The notes: generated by a model from the sequence alone, not told the origin. 64,000 bases of DNA from Candidatus Magasanikbacteria bacterium RIFCSPHIGHO2_01_FULL_41_23 (GCA_001782805.1 MFPT01000004.1:41294-105293), one strand, 5' to 3'; counted from the first letter of the stretch, positions 49,155-59,920 are shown. Numbers and translations are program-made.

Positions 49155-49849
49155 ATAATTTTCCACTCTTGAGGAATTTCAATTTCAATCTTTTTGATTT
49201 CATCTTTTGTCGCCAATTTGAATTCTACGCTCGTGGCGCAGAGGGCGATTGAATGATGGCTATTCGCTTTCGTCTCGACACCCTCTTTCAAAGACTTGGG
49301 ACTATGTCGTGGCTCGTATTTTACATCACCGACAATCGGGTGTCCAAGATGGGCAAGTTGCGCCCGGATTTGATGCGATCGACCGGTTTTGAGATTAATT
49401 TTAATGATTGCATTGTCGCCCACTTTTTTGACCGTTTCATAATCCAATTCCGCGCGCAAAGTGTCCGGCGTCTCATGATCAAAAACCATAACCACGTTTT
49501 TGATTTCGTCTTTTTTTAAAAAATTAATTAAGGTTCCGGCGTTTGGTAATGGCGTTCCAATTACCAGCGCGTGATAGGTTTTTTTAATTGTATGATTGCG
49601 AATTTGTTCGCTCAAACGCGCCGCGCCTTTGCTGGTTTTGCCGAACAATACAATTCCCGATACGGGTCGATCCAAACGATGCACCACACCTAAAAAAACT
49701 TTGCCCAACTTGTGATATTTTTGTTTTAAATAATATTTTACTTCATCGCATAACGTGGCATCGCCGGTATCGTCGGCCTGCACCAAAACACCGGTCGGTT
49801 TGTACACCGCAATAATATGATTGTCTTCGTAGAGAACATGCAAACCCAT
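49151..49849 (-). CDS. RluA-family pseudouridine synthase
   Basis: HRLDRPVSGIVLFGKT catalytic motif. Start taken at MGLHVLYEDNH. Confidence 0.8.
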   Translation of the reverse strand: MGLHVLYEDNHIIAVYKPTGVLVQADDTGDATLCDEVKYYLKQKYHKLGKVFLGVVHRLDRPVSGIVLFGKTSKGAARLSEQIRNHTIKKTYHALVIGTPLPNAGTLINFLKKDEIKNVVMVFDHETPDTLRAELDYETVKKVGDNAIIKINLKTGRSHQIRAQLAHLGHPIVGDVKYEPRHSPKSLKEGVETKANSHHSIALCATSVEFKLATKDEIKKIEIEIPQEWKII

Positions 49850-49850
49850 A

Positions 49851-50783
49851 TCAATTTTTTGACCAGCGCGCAAAAATTCCGCAAGGCAATAATCGTCCGG
49901 ATTCTTCGGCAATTGTTAGTTCGCCTTTTTCAAACATTCCGCCATTATTTTTAAATAATTCTTGTAAATTATTGGCGTACGCAATCGCCGAATAACCGGA
50001 CGCATAACCGTTCAATAAAAAAAATAATGGCGTTTCGGTCATGACTTCACGACACAATTTTAAAAGTGGCACCAAATGATCCCCAATCTGCCACAATTCT
50101 TTATGCGGTCCATGCCCAAACGCGGGCGGATCAAGAATAATGCCATCATATTTTCGTCCGCGTTTCAGTTCTCGTTTTACAAAATCGCGTGCATCGTCAA
50201 GAATCCAGCGAATCGGTTTACTACTCAAACCAGAAATGGCTGCGTTGTCGCGCGCCCACTGAATCGCGACTTTGGAACCATCGACATGACAAACTTCAGT
50301 GCCAGCTTGCGCGCAGGCCAATGTCGCGCCGCCCGTGTAACCAAAAAGATTAAGAACTTTTATTGGATCCTGTGATTTTAAATTTTGTCCTTCCGACTTA
50401 TTGTTATTAATTTTTTCTGTCATCCATTTCCAATTGGACAATTGTTCGGGAAATAAACCAGTGTGTTTAAACGATGTCGGACGAATCCAAAATTGTAATC
50501 CCGAACCCGATAAATCGGAAGAACCAAATTCAATTTTCCAACGAGCCGGCAAATTTTTGGCCAAATTCCAATCCCCTTTTTTTCCGTCACGCCGAAAACT
50601 GGCGTGGGCTTTTGCCCATTCTTTTTCCGGCAAATTTTTATTCCACAGTGCTTGCGGATCCGGCCGTCGAAAAATAAATTCACCGTAGCGTTCCAGTTTT
50701 TCATTATCACCAGAATCTAAGAGCGCGTAACCAGCCGAAGGTTTTACGCTGAGCACAGTTGAAAGGTTGGTAATTTCAATCAT
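49851..50783 (-). CDS. Class I SAM-dependent RNA methyltransferase, RlmI-like (no PUA domain)
   Basis: LDPPAFGHGPH (DPPxF) motif and NLFGYTGGATLACA SAM-binding loop. Confidence 0.65.
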   Translation of the reverse strand: MIEITNLSTVLSVKPSAGYALLDSGDNEKLERYGEFIFRRPDPQALWNKNLPEKEWAKAHASFRRDGKKGDWNLAKNLPARWKIEFGSSDLSGSGLQFWIRPTSFKHTGLFPEQLSNWKWMTEKINNNKSEGQNLKSQDPIKVLNLFGYTGGATLACAQAGTEVCHVDGSKVAIQWARDNAAISGLSSKPIRWILDDARDFVKRELKRGRKYDGIILDPPAFGHGPHKELWQIGDHLVPLLKLCREVMTETPLFFLLNGYASGYSAIAYANNLQELFKNNGGMFEKGELTIAEESGRLLPCGIFARWSKN

Positions 50784-50789
50784 ATAAAA

Positions 50790-51113
50790 TTATAAATCCA
50801 ATCTAAATTCTTTTCCATAATCCGTAAATCCGAGCCGTTGATACCAATCATGGATTTCGCTACGACTGTAGCGACTCGTGGAAACTAATTTATAACATCC
50901 TTTTTCACGCGCGCTCGCAATAAGCGCTTCAATTAATTTTTTACCAATTCCTTTTTTCCTATATTCTTCTACTACAAACAAATCTTCTATCAAGCCGAAT
51001 GATTCTTTATGAAGATCATTTTTTAAAAGATATAAATACACATGGCCGATTTCTTTGCCATTCTCATTTTCCGAAAAACGAATCGCTTTTGTGGTTAATT
51101 CAGTTTGCGTCAT
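50790..51113 (-). CDS. GNAT-family N-acetyltransferase
   Basis: VVEEYRKKGIGKKLIEALIASARE (Q/RxxGxG/A motif A). Confidence 0.75.
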   Translation of the reverse strand: MTQTELTTKAIRFSENENGKEIGHVYLYLLKNDLHKESFGLIEDLFVVEEYRKKGIGKKLIEALIASAREKGCYKLVSTSRYSRSEIHDWYQRLGFTDYGKEFRLDL

Positions 51114-52087
51114 ACCATCACACTATATAAAACCTCACTTAATTTTTGACTGTCATGCCGAATCAAACTACGCATCAAAACATCGCCATTTTCTTTATTA
51201 ACTTCGACCAAATTAATTATATCACGTCTAATAATCTCCATAGTCTTATCAGAAAGATCATCAATAATCGGATATTCTCCTCGTTCTGAATATTTATCCA
51301 AAATATGCGCAGGAAACGAAGTATTATTTACAACAATGACATCAGGTTTCCGACCGGAATAGCGAGTAATTTCACCGACCAAATCCGTGGCCGTAAAATT
51401 ATGCGTCTGGCCATATTTGGTCATCAAATTATTAATAAAAATAAATTTCGCCTGGCTCTCCACAATAGCAGCGGAAATTCCGGGAATAATAATATTGGCC
51501 AAAACACTCGTATATAAATCACCCGGACCCGCGATAATTATATCCGCCTCTTTAATGGCTTCTATAGCCACGACATAAGCTTGAACTGGAGTTGATAACG
51601 ACAATTGTTTTACATGACCCAAATTCGGAATTCCCGATTCTTCAATAGAATGTTCGCCTTCAATTCTCTGACCCGTATAATATTCGGCGATTAAATTTGT
51701 TTGACCCAAAGTAACCGGAATAATGATGCCTTTCACCTGAAATAATTCCGACAAACGCTGAATCGCGATTAATTCCGATCCGCCCATATCGGCCAATGCC
51801 AGCATCATCAAATTTCCCAATGTGTGACCAGACAAACCTTCGCCTTTGGCAAAACGATACGTAAATAATTCGCGCAATAATTGATTATCGGTTTCCGCGA
51901 GCGCAATAATTGATTTACGGACATCAGACAGTGGCAACAAACCAAATTCATCGCGCACCACTGCGTTACTGCCACCATCATCAGTCATGCTTACAATAAC
52001 GCTCAATTCCATATCAGAATATTTTTTTAATCCGGAGAGAACAGGAACCGTGCCTGTTCCTCCACCGATAACCACTATTTTTTTCAT
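51110..52087 (-). CDS. yvcK: Gluconeogenesis factor YvcK (UPF0052/CofD-like)
   Basis: MKKIVVIGGGTGTVPVLSGLK N-terminus and family length. Confidence 0.8.
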   Translation of the reverse strand: MKKIVVIGGGTGTVPVLSGLKKYSDMELSVIVSMTDDGGSNAVVRDEFGLLPLSDVRKSIIALAETDNQLLRELFTYRFAKGEGLSGHTLGNLMMLALADMGGSELIAIQRLSELFQVKGIIIPVTLGQTNLIAEYYTGQRIEGEHSIEESGIPNLGHVKQLSLSTPVQAYVVAIEAIKEADIIIAGPGDLYTSVLANIIIPGISAAIVESQAKFIFINNLMTKYGQTHNFTATDLVGEITRYSGRKPDVIVVNNTSFPAHILDKYSERGEYPIIDDLSDKTMEIIRRDIINLVEVNKENGDVLMRSLIRHDSQKLSEVLYSVMV

Positions 52088-52093
52088 AAAAAA

Positions 52094-53914
52094 TTATTCA
52101 ACCGTAACCGATTTAGCTAAATTCCGCGGCCGATCCACGTCTTTACCCAAAATGACCGCCATGTGATACGCGAATAATTGCAACGGAATGGTATTTATTA
52201 ACGGCTCCAATAATTCCATTGTTTCCGGAACATAAATCACATCATCCGCCAGTTCCAGTGCGCGATCGTCGCCCTTTGTAGCCAATAAAATCACTTTCGC
52301 GCCACGCGCCCGCACTTCTTCCACATTGCTGCGCATTTTTTCATACAATTGATTTTTGGTCATAATCGCGAACACAGGAAATTCCGGACACAACAATGCT
52401 AATGGCCCATGTTTCATTTCTCCGCCAGGGAATGCTTCGCTGTGAATATAAGAAATTTCTTTTAGCTTTAGTGACCCTTCCAACGCCACGGAAAAATTAA
52501 TGCCGCGTCCCAAAAACATCATATTGTGATAGTCGGAATATTTTTGCGCGACTTTTTTAATCTCTTCACTTAATTCCAAAGTCTCTTTCATTTTTTGCGC
52601 CACTTCACGCAAAGCATCAACAACACGCAAGCCAGTCGCGAGCGATAACCGACGTAAACGACCAAATTGCAAAGCATATAAAATCAAAACCGCGATCATA
52701 TTAGTATACGCTTTAGTGGAAGCGACAGCTAATTCCGGGCCGGCATGAATGTAAGTACCACCATCCGTTTCGCGCGCAATAGTTGAACCAACCGCGTTCA
52801 CAATTCCCCGCACCACTGCGCCGCGACGTTTCGCTTCACGCACTGCGGCCAAAGTATCAGCTGTTTCTCCTGATTGAGAAATGGCAAAAACTAATGTGTG
52901 ATTGTCAATGACCGGATCGCGATACCGAAACTCACTGGCCACATCAACTTCGGCCGGAATTCCCGCCAAACGTTCAAACGCGTATTTCCCGGCCATAGCC
53001 GCGTATGATGTTGTGCCGCAGCCGATAAAAATAACCCGATTAATATCGCGTATTTGATTATCCGTTAAATTAATTCCCCCCAAACGCGCCGTGCCATCGA
53101 TGATATTATAGCGACCACGAATCGCGTCTTGAAAAACCGTGGGCTGATCATAAATTTCTTTAAGCATAAAATGCGCGAAGCCTTGTTTTTCCGCCTGCGC
53201 TTCATCCCAATCAATTTTCTCCACGCGCTTCTGTATATGTTCATGGCGCACATTAAACGTTTTAATTGTCTCACGACTGACTTCGGCGATTTCACCATCA
53301 TCCAAAAAAACCACTTGATTGGTATAAGCTAAAATCGGCGTGGCATCGCTGGCAATATAATGTTCATTTTCACCAACTCCAATGACGAGCGGACTACCCA
53401 TTCTCGCTGCGATCAATTTGTCGGGATGATCAGCATGCGTCACTACTAATCCATATGTTCCTCGCACCTGCGCGAGCGCAGTTTCCACTGCCTGACGCAA
53501 ATCACCGGAATAATATTTTCCAATCAAATGCACCAACACTTCGGTATCAGTTTGCGAAACAAATGATACATCGAGTAATTGATTTTTTAATTCGCGATAA
53601 TTTTCAATAATACCATTATGCACAATCATCAATTTCCCATTTAAAGCGCTGTGCGGATGCGCGTTGGCTTCAGTCACTCCACCATGCGTGGCCCAACGCG
53701 TGTGTGCGATCCCCATCGTCCCCAACAATTCCTGATCTTTTAGTTTTTCCGATAAAATATCAATTTTACCCATGGTTTTCACGCGATTCAATCCGCCATT
53801 ATTTAAAATCGCCACGCCCGCGCTGTCATAACCGCGATATTCCAAACGACGCAATCCGCGCAACAAAATCGGCAAGGCCGGTTCTTTTCCAATATAAGCA
53901 ATTATTCCGCACAT
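52094..53914 (-). CDS. glmS: Glutamine--fructose-6-phosphate aminotransferase
   Basis: MCGIIAYIG Ntn amidotransferase start, two SIS domains. 606 aa, with C-terminal ...KSVTVE. Confidence 0.95.
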   Translation of the reverse strand: MCGIIAYIGKEPALPILLRGLRRLEYRGYDSAGVAILNNGGLNRVKTMGKIDILSEKLKDQELLGTMGIAHTRWATHGGVTEANAHPHSALNGKLMIVHNGIIENYRELKNQLLDVSFVSQTDTEVLVHLIGKYYSGDLRQAVETALAQVRGTYGLVVTHADHPDKLIAARMGSPLVIGVGENEHYIASDATPILAYTNQVVFLDDGEIAEVSRETIKTFNVRHEHIQKRVEKIDWDEAQAEKQGFAHFMLKEIYDQPTVFQDAIRGRYNIIDGTARLGGINLTDNQIRDINRVIFIGCGTTSYAAMAGKYAFERLAGIPAEVDVASEFRYRDPVIDNHTLVFAISQSGETADTLAAVREAKRRGAVVRGIVNAVGSTIARETDGGTYIHAGPELAVASTKAYTNMIAVLILYALQFGRLRRLSLATGLRVVDALREVAQKMKETLELSEEIKKVAQKYSDYHNMMFLGRGINFSVALEGSLKLKEISYIHSEAFPGGEMKHGPLALLCPEFPVFAIMTKNQLYEKMRSNVEEVRARGAKVILLATKGDDRALELADDVIYVPETMELLEPLINTIPLQLFAYHMAVILGKDVDRPRNLAKSVTVE

Positions 53915-53917
53915 ATT

Positions 53918-55105
53918 TTAAGAAATTAAAGAATACTTTTTGCCTAGACTGGCAAACGTCGCTACCAATTGATCAATTTGTTCATGCGTATGTGCCGCGG
54001 AAATTTGCACGCGAATACGCGCTTTGCCCATGGGTACAACCGGATAACTAAATCCAATTACATAAATTCCTTGTGCCAACATTTCGCGGGCAATATCACT
54101 GGCAACTTTTCCGTCGCCAATCATCACAGGCACAATCGGGTGAACATCTTGAGGCACCGTAAATCCGGCCACAATCATTTTAGCGCGGAAATAATTCGTG
54201 TTATCCCAAATCTGCGCGCGCAATTCCGGATGAGCTTCAATGAAATCCAAGACAAACATTGTCGTCGCGGCGATTACCGGAGGCACAGTGTTGGTAAATA
54301 ATGTGGTACGCGCACGTTGGTGAAACAAATCAATAATATCTTTTTGCCCGGCAATACAACCACCATTCGCTCCGCCCAGCGCTTTACCAAAAGTAGTGGT
54401 AATCAAATCCACTCGATCAATTACTCCGCAGGCCTCCACTGCACCTCGACCAGTTTCACCCATAAATCCAGTCGCGTGCGAATCATCCACCACCACATAC
54501 GCATTATATTTTTCCGCCAAATCACAAATTTCTTTGAGGGGCGCGATGTGCCCATCCATGCTAAACACGCCATCGCTCACCACACAGCGCAATCTTTTTT
54601 CTTGCGTGAATTTTAATTTTTCTTCCAAGTCAGCTAGATCGCGATGTTTAAACACGTGGCGCTCGGCTTTGCACAAACGAATCCCGTCGACAATACTGGC
54701 ATGATTCAATTCATCAGAAATCACTGCGTCAGCATCAGTCAAAAGCGTGGCAAACACGGCCTCATTTGCATCCCAACACGACGTAAAAATTATCGCATCA
54801 TCCTTATGCAAAAATTCCGCAATCTTTTTTTCCAATTCTTTGTGAACAGTTTGCGTACCACAGATAAATCGAACTGATGACAAACCATATCCGTATTTGT
54901 CCAACGCGTTTTTGGCATATTCCACCAATTCTTCACGGCCAGACAAACCCAAATAATTATTGGCGCAAAAATTCAAAACTTCTTTCCCATTCACACGCAC
55001 ATTGGTGCCCTGACGCGATTCCAAAACCCGATGTTCTTTGTACAGCCCAGCCGATTGAATTTCCGCAAGTGTTTGTTGGACAATTTTTTCTAAGTTTTGA
55101 TTCAT
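53918..55105 (-). CDS. kbl: Glycine C-acetyltransferase (2-amino-3-ketobutyrate CoA ligase)
   Basis: Class II aminotransferase alpha-oxoamine synthase family (NNYLGLS...). Adjacent to tdh. Confidence 0.8.
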   Translation of the reverse strand: MNQNLEKIVQQTLAEIQSAGLYKEHRVLESRQGTNVRVNGKEVLNFCANNYLGLSGREELVEYAKNALDKYGYGLSSVRFICGTQTVHKELEKKIAEFLHKDDAIIFTSCWDANEAVFATLLTDADAVISDELNHASIVDGIRLCKAERHVFKHRDLADLEEKLKFTQEKRLRCVVSDGVFSMDGHIAPLKEICDLAEKYNAYVVVDDSHATGFMGETGRGAVEACGVIDRVDLITTTFGKALGGANGGCIAGQKDIIDLFHQRARTTLFTNTVPPVIAATTMFVLDFIEAHPELRAQIWDNTNYFRAKMIVAGFTVPQDVHPIVPVMIGDGKVASDIAREMLAQGIYVIGFSYPVVPMGKARIRVQISAAHTHEQIDQLVATFASLGKKYSLIS

Positions 55106-55111
55106 ATAAAA

Positions 55112-56284
55112 TTATTTTTGGATAGCAAAAACCAACTTGGGATGTTCATTCATTTTTGCTTCAACCAATTCCGATGAAAATTCAGACAACGGAATAATTG
55201 TGCCATTACCTTGTTTCATAATCACATTCCACATTGCGTCTTGAATTCCATTGGTTTTATCAGACAGGACACGCTGCGCAATCTGCCAAGTCTTAAAAAT
55301 TTGTCGGCCAATAATATTATGCAAAGTAAAACCTTTAACAATCATACGAGAAAAATGAGGAATCGTAAAATCACCATCTTTGATACCAAATAAAATAATT
55401 TGGCCACCAAATCGCGTGGCTTCAATGCAATTATTTACTGACGAATTAAATCCAGCCATTTCCAAACTTACATCAACGCCTTTGTCATACGTAAGTTCCT
55501 GAATTTTTTTAATTACTCCAGCGTCAGCATCATACAAATTTGTTTTTGCCAAACTAGGATCAATCTGAATAGTTTCGTGCGCACCAAGTTGTTTAGCTAA
55601 AGCCAAGTTGGCCGGATTAACATCGACCGCAATAATTTTTGAAGCGCCAAAATGCCGCGCCAATAAAATCGCAAACATGCCAATCTGTCCTGCGCCGAAA
55701 ATCGCCACGCGAGCGCCGCGCACATCCACTTTTGTCAAAGCGTGCACGGCATTGCCAAATGGATCAAAGAGCGCGCAGATTTCCGGACGAATGCGATTAA
55801 AATCCACGGCCCACAAATTTTTGGCCGGAATTTTGACATATTCCGCATAAATTCCATCCGTACTAATTCCCAAAATCGCTTGATCCTGACACACTTCTTC
55901 TTCACCCAAACGACACTGATAGCATTTGCCACACGTAACATGCGAATCGCCCGACACATTACTCCCAATGTGAATGTCATAATAAGTTGATTCCACAAGC
56001 GAGCCGGCCGCGACCACTTCGCCCACAAATTCATGCCCCAAAATCCGCAAAGTTTTGTTTTGTTTTGCCAATGCGCCCGCAAACATTTCGGTAAAAGCGA
56101 CGCGTGTCCAAATACCGCGATCAGAGCCACACATGCCAGCGTATTTTACTTTCACAATGACCGACAAAGCGTCGACAGGATTATTGGTTTCATCCAATTC
56201 CGGCATGGCAATTTGGCGCTTGATAAATCCGCGCGAAGTTGTCCAGCCGTCGGTTTTAATATCGAGAGTAAGAGCGCTGATCAT
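55112..56284 (-). CDS. tdh: L-threonine 3-dehydrogenase (Zn-dependent MDR family)
   Basis: GHEFVGEVVAAG zinc-ADH motif, Rossmann GAGQIGMFA. Forms the tdh-kbl pair. The N-terminus is probably shorter than the ORF. Confidence 0.8.
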   Translation of the reverse strand: MISALTLDIKTDGWTTSRGFIKRQIAMPELDETNNPVDALSVIVKVKYAGMCGSDRGIWTRVAFTEMFAGALAKQNKTLRILGHEFVGEVVAAGSLVESTYYDIHIGSNVSGDSHVTCGKCYQCRLGEEEVCQDQAILGISTDGIYAEYVKIPAKNLWAVDFNRIRPEICALFDPFGNAVHALTKVDVRGARVAIFGAGQIGMFAILLARHFGASKIIAVDVNPANLALAKQLGAHETIQIDPSLAKTNLYDADAGVIKKIQELTYDKGVDVSLEMAGFNSSVNNCIEATRFGGQIILFGIKDGDFTIPHFSRMIVKGFTLHNIIGRQIFKTWQIAQRVLSDKTNGIQDAMWNVIMKQGNGTIIPLSEFSSELVEAKMNEHPKLVFAIQK

Positions 56285-56301
56285 AAATAATAATTATTTT
56301 T

Positions 56302-57060
56302 TTATAGTAAAATTTCCGCTGTTTTCAAATCAGCTTGGGAATTAATCCCCACAGCTTCTTGTGGTTCAATGCTAATCGAGGAAATTTTAGCGCCTTGTTC
56401 AATTGCCAATTGAATTAAATCAGTCAAATAATATTCTTGTTGCGCATTATTATTTTTTAAAGTTTTAATATTGTCCCATAACCAATCACTTTTAAAACAA
56501 TAAACGCACGGATTTAATTCCGTAATATTCAATTCTTCCGGTGTACAATCTTTTTTCTCAATGCTCCGTACAATGTGTCCATCAGCGCCACGAATTACTC
56601 GGCCAAATGTCAAAAACGCCGCACGCCAATCAGAAAAATCAGGAACAGTAACCGTCATCATAGTGATAGTATTATTACGTTCAATATGTCTCTCTACCAA
56701 TCGTCTGACCGAATCACCGGATATAAATGGCATATCACCGTATAAAATCACAATGTTGCTCACTTCACTGCGCAATTGTTGTTCGGCAACAGCCACCGCG
56801 TGTCCGGTTCCCAATCGTTCAACTTGCACCGCATAATCGGCACGCTTGCCTAAAAAATTCTGCACTGACGGATCGTCATTACAAACAATTACGGTCGGCT
56901 TGCGATCAAACTGGACTTTTTCGACTGTACTGACTACATAATCAATTAACGGCTTACCGTGCAACAAGTGCATGACTTTGAGCATTGTGCTATTCATACG
57001 CCTGCCCAAACCAGCGGCCAAAATAATCGCGCCGATAGTTTTTTTATTTTGTTCATTCAT
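56302..57060 (-). CDS. NTP_transferase-fold nucleotidyltransferase (GlmU N-terminal-like / MobA-like)
   Basis: GAIILAAGLGRRMNS...GKPLI signature. 252 aa. Confidence 0.55.
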   Translation of the reverse strand: MNEQNKKTIGAIILAAGLGRRMNSTMLKVMHLLHGKPLIDYVVSTVEKVQFDRKPTVIVCNDDPSVQNFLGKRADYAVQVERLGTGHAVAVAEQQLRSEVSNIVILYGDMPFISGDSVRRLVERHIERNNTITMMTVTVPDFSDWRAAFLTFGRVIRGADGHIVRSIEKKDCTPEELNITELNPCVYCFKSDWLWDNIKTLKNNNAQQEYYLTDLIQLAIEQGAKISSISIEPQEAVGINSQADLKTAEILL

Positions 57061-57698
57061 ATTTTTTGATATAAATTGTTTTGTATATGTTGGGCAATTT
57101 CCGTCAAATTATCAAAAAAGGGCAGGCCACTCGTTTCATAATCTGACAATGAAAATTTTGGTGACACTTTTAATACCGCACGAATTGAAGGATGTTCAGT
57201 TATAATTTCTTTTGCTTCGTTTATTTTATCATTAACCAGCCAGCCACTGATAGTCGTCGCGTTGGCTAATTCATTAATTACACGAATTTTGGAATCCGAG
57301 ATCATAAATAATCGATCAAAATAATCATGAATGCCGCAAGCGCGCACTTTGGCTTCTTGAAAATCAGAGTCACCTAAACTTAACAAAATTAACGGCTGTT
57401 GACATTTTTTCAGCGTATTAAGAAAATAAATTGCATCAGAAAAAAGCCATTGTTGGCAATTCTCGGTTATTTTTTTAAAAAACGCAAGGATTTCATCATA
57501 CACAAAGCCATTCTCGAACAATATTTTGGCATGAACTTTATCGCTATATACCATATATCCATTTTCATTGATGCGTGCCCGAGAATAGGTTTCATTCCAC
57601 AATTCAGTTGATACACCAATGGCAAGCGCGGCTTCACAACGCGCTCGGTGAAAAGCCTGTGTGTCAAAAAGCGTATCGTCAAAATCAATTAAAAACAT
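57057..57698 (-). CDS. HAD-superfamily hydrolase
   Basis: Motif I FLIDFDDTLFDT. Start taken at MFLIDFDD to avoid overlapping trmB. Confidence 0.7.
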   Translation of the reverse strand: MFLIDFDDTLFDTQAFHRARCEAALAIGVSTELWNETYSRARINENGYMVYSDKVHAKILFENGFVYDEILAFFKKITENCQQWLFSDAIYFLNTLKKCQQPLILLSLGDSDFQEAKVRACGIHDYFDRLFMISDSKIRVINELANATTISGWLVNDKINEAKEIITEHPSIRAVLKVSPKFSLSDYETSGLPFFDNLTEIAQHIQNNLYQKI

Positions 57699-57699
57699 A

Positions 57700-58434
57700 T
57701 TACAAAGTTTTCCATAACGCATCGAAAATATGCACTTGGGTTTCGTACACGCCATCATTTTCAATCACAACACCAACCGCTTCATTCTGAACATTCAGAG
57801 AAATATATGCGGCCTTGCTTGGATACAAAATAATATACGTTGGTTTAGTTTCCGGCGCAGACAGCCATTTGCGTTCATCAAGTCCGCGCAATTCTCCACC
57901 TTCTCCCAACGCAATGACGCGTACCGAAATATTTTTGGCCACACGCACATCACTAAACGTAGAAAAATTCGCGTACAAATGATCGCGAATTCCTTCGGTA
58001 GAATATGCTCGATACTTAGGTTCTTGGCTTTGTTCGCAGGTAAGAAGTACGTCATTTAAAATAGCCGGCAATTCAATTGATGAAAAATAACGAGCAATCG
58101 GCCTATCTCCGCCGCGATTATACAAAGCTTCCAATTCCGGTACTGAACGCTCTAATTCCAGACTTGCTTGTTCTAAATTATGCGTCTCTTCTTTTATTAG
58201 ACTGCGTAACCGTGCCGGCGATTCGGCCACAAAATGTTGTTTGGATTTTTTTTCATAAAAAGAAACTAAGCCACGATCACCAAGCCATTTGAGCGAATCA
58301 TACGTTGAACCTCTATTTAATCCGCAAAATTCCGCCAAGTTGCGCACTGAACTGGGACCAAGTTGAAGAATGCCCATATAGACTTGGGCGGTCTTGTCAG
58401 AAAAGCCTATTTTCTTTAATAATTCATTTTTCAT
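57700..58434 (-). CDS. TrmB-family sugar-responsive transcriptional regulator
   Basis: N-terminal winged HTH LGPSSVRNLAEFCGLNRGSTYDSLKWL typical of the TrmB family. 244 aa. Confidence 0.6.
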   Translation of the reverse strand: MKNELLKKIGFSDKTAQVYMGILQLGPSSVRNLAEFCGLNRGSTYDSLKWLGDRGLVSFYEKKSKQHFVAESPARLRSLIKEETHNLEQASLELERSVPELEALYNRGGDRPIARYFSSIELPAILNDVLLTCEQSQEPKYRAYSTEGIRDHLYANFSTFSDVRVAKNISVRVIALGEGGELRGLDERKWLSAPETKPTYIILYPSKAAYISLNVQNEAVGVVIENDGVYETQVHIFDALWKTL

Positions 58435-58517
58435 ATTTTTAGCTTATTTTAGATAATATCATAAACAAAAAAACTGTCAAGTTTTTACTGACAGCTTTTT
58501 ATTATGATATGACGATC

Positions 58518-59540
58518 CTATTCCCCAAAATATTCGCCTTTACTGGCCAAACCATTCATTTTTGCCCTTTTATAGAATTCAGCTTGAGCCGCTGTTATAT
58601 TTTCCGATTTTCCACCCCATGTTTTTAAAACAGAAGTCTGCAAAGCCCGACCATACGAAAAGCTCAACACCCATGGCGTATTATCCTGCGCAGATGTATC
58701 ACCTTTCATGGCATTAATCGCCTGCAAATTGGCCGTCGCCTCAACTTCACTTTGACCGCCGGACAAAAATACAATTCCGGGAACTTGGGCCGAAACATTT
58801 TCGTGCAAACATTGCAAAGTCAATCGCGCAATTTCTTCGGCAGAACTTTTGATCGATTCACTGCCCGCAATCACCATGTTTGGTTTGAGCAAAATTCCCG
58901 GCAGATAAACACCGGCCTCATTTAATTTAGCAAAAACTGTTTTTAAGACTTGGCTCGTAACTTCGTAGCAGCGTTCAATCGTATGTCCGCCATCCATTAA
59001 AACTTCCGGCTCGACAATCGGCACAATATTATTTTGCTGACACAACAAGGCATACTGAGCCAATTGCTCAGCATTTTTTTCTATACATAACTCAGTGGGA
59101 ATTCCCTCGCCGATTGTTATTACTGCTCGCCATTTGGCAAATTTGGCAGCAAAACCAGCATATTGTTTCAATCGTTCATCCAATCCCTCTAAACCTTTGG
59201 TAACCAGCTCCAAGAGAGATTCGGACATCGGTTCAGTACCAAGATCAACTTTAATTCCCGGAAGAATTCCTTTTTTTTCTAAAACAGAAACAAAAGTATG
59301 GCCATCATTCGCCCGCTGTTTTATGGTTTCATCAAATAAAATCACGCCGCTAATAAATTCTTCAATTCCTGAAGTCGTAAACAATAATTCGCGATACGCG
59401 CGACGATTATCTTCGGTTGATTCCACATTAATTTTCGCGAAACGCTTGGTAATGGTTCCGGTACTTTCATCCGCAGCCAAAATTCCTTTTCCCGGAGCAA
59501 CTAATTGTCGCGCAATTGATTCTAATAATTCTTTGTTCAT
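58518..59540 (-). CDS. fba: Fructose-bisphosphate aldolase, class I
   Basis: GKGILAADESTGT motif and Schiff-base Lys region. Start at MNKELLES. Confidence 0.85.
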   Translation of the reverse strand: MNKELLESIARQLVAPGKGILAADESTGTITKRFAKINVESTEDNRRAYRELLFTTSGIEEFISGVILFDETIKQRANDGHTFVSVLEKKGILPGIKVDLGTEPMSESLLELVTKGLEGLDERLKQYAGFAAKFAKWRAVITIGEGIPTELCIEKNAEQLAQYALLCQQNNIVPIVEPEVLMDGGHTIERCYEVTSQVLKTVFAKLNEAGVYLPGILLKPNMVIAGSESIKSSAEEIARLTLQCLHENVSAQVPGIVFLSGGQSEVEATANLQAINAMKGDTSAQDNTPWVLSFSYGRALQTSVLKTWGGKSENITAAQAEFYKRAKMNGLASKGEYFGE

Positions 59541-59589
59541 ACTTAATTTAAAATAAAAATTCACTATTCTGTTCATTCGGTTGTCACCA

Positions 59590-59920
59590 TATCAGTCATC
59601 GCCGCTCGCTCGCAGATGGATTCAGTGAATGGCTCACTCACTACATTGTCCGCTCGGCTTTGATTATATATAGTATAGATTCAGCCTCGCGTCCAAACGT
59701 GCGCTGACTGACATGAATGCCAACCTCACTAATGCAACAGCGAAACATTCGATATACTGAATAAGCAAACTGGAACTGAATCCTCTTTTTCTGAAAGCTG
59801 AGTATATTGACTTACTGAGAATGCATAATCCGTCAGACTATCAGTTGAAAAAAAGAGGATCAGTGAAGTTTGCTTAAGACTTAGAAAACGAGGCTTGACT
59901 AAGTCTTACGAAAAAAATTA
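59590..59920. repeat. Mosaic MITE-like intergenic repeat, copy E (inverted relative to A; ends in a TIR-TIR pair)
   Basis: Reverse complement matches copy A over ~230 bp at ~90% identity. Right end is tttgcttaagacttag-N14-ctaagtcttacg. Confidence 0.85.
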
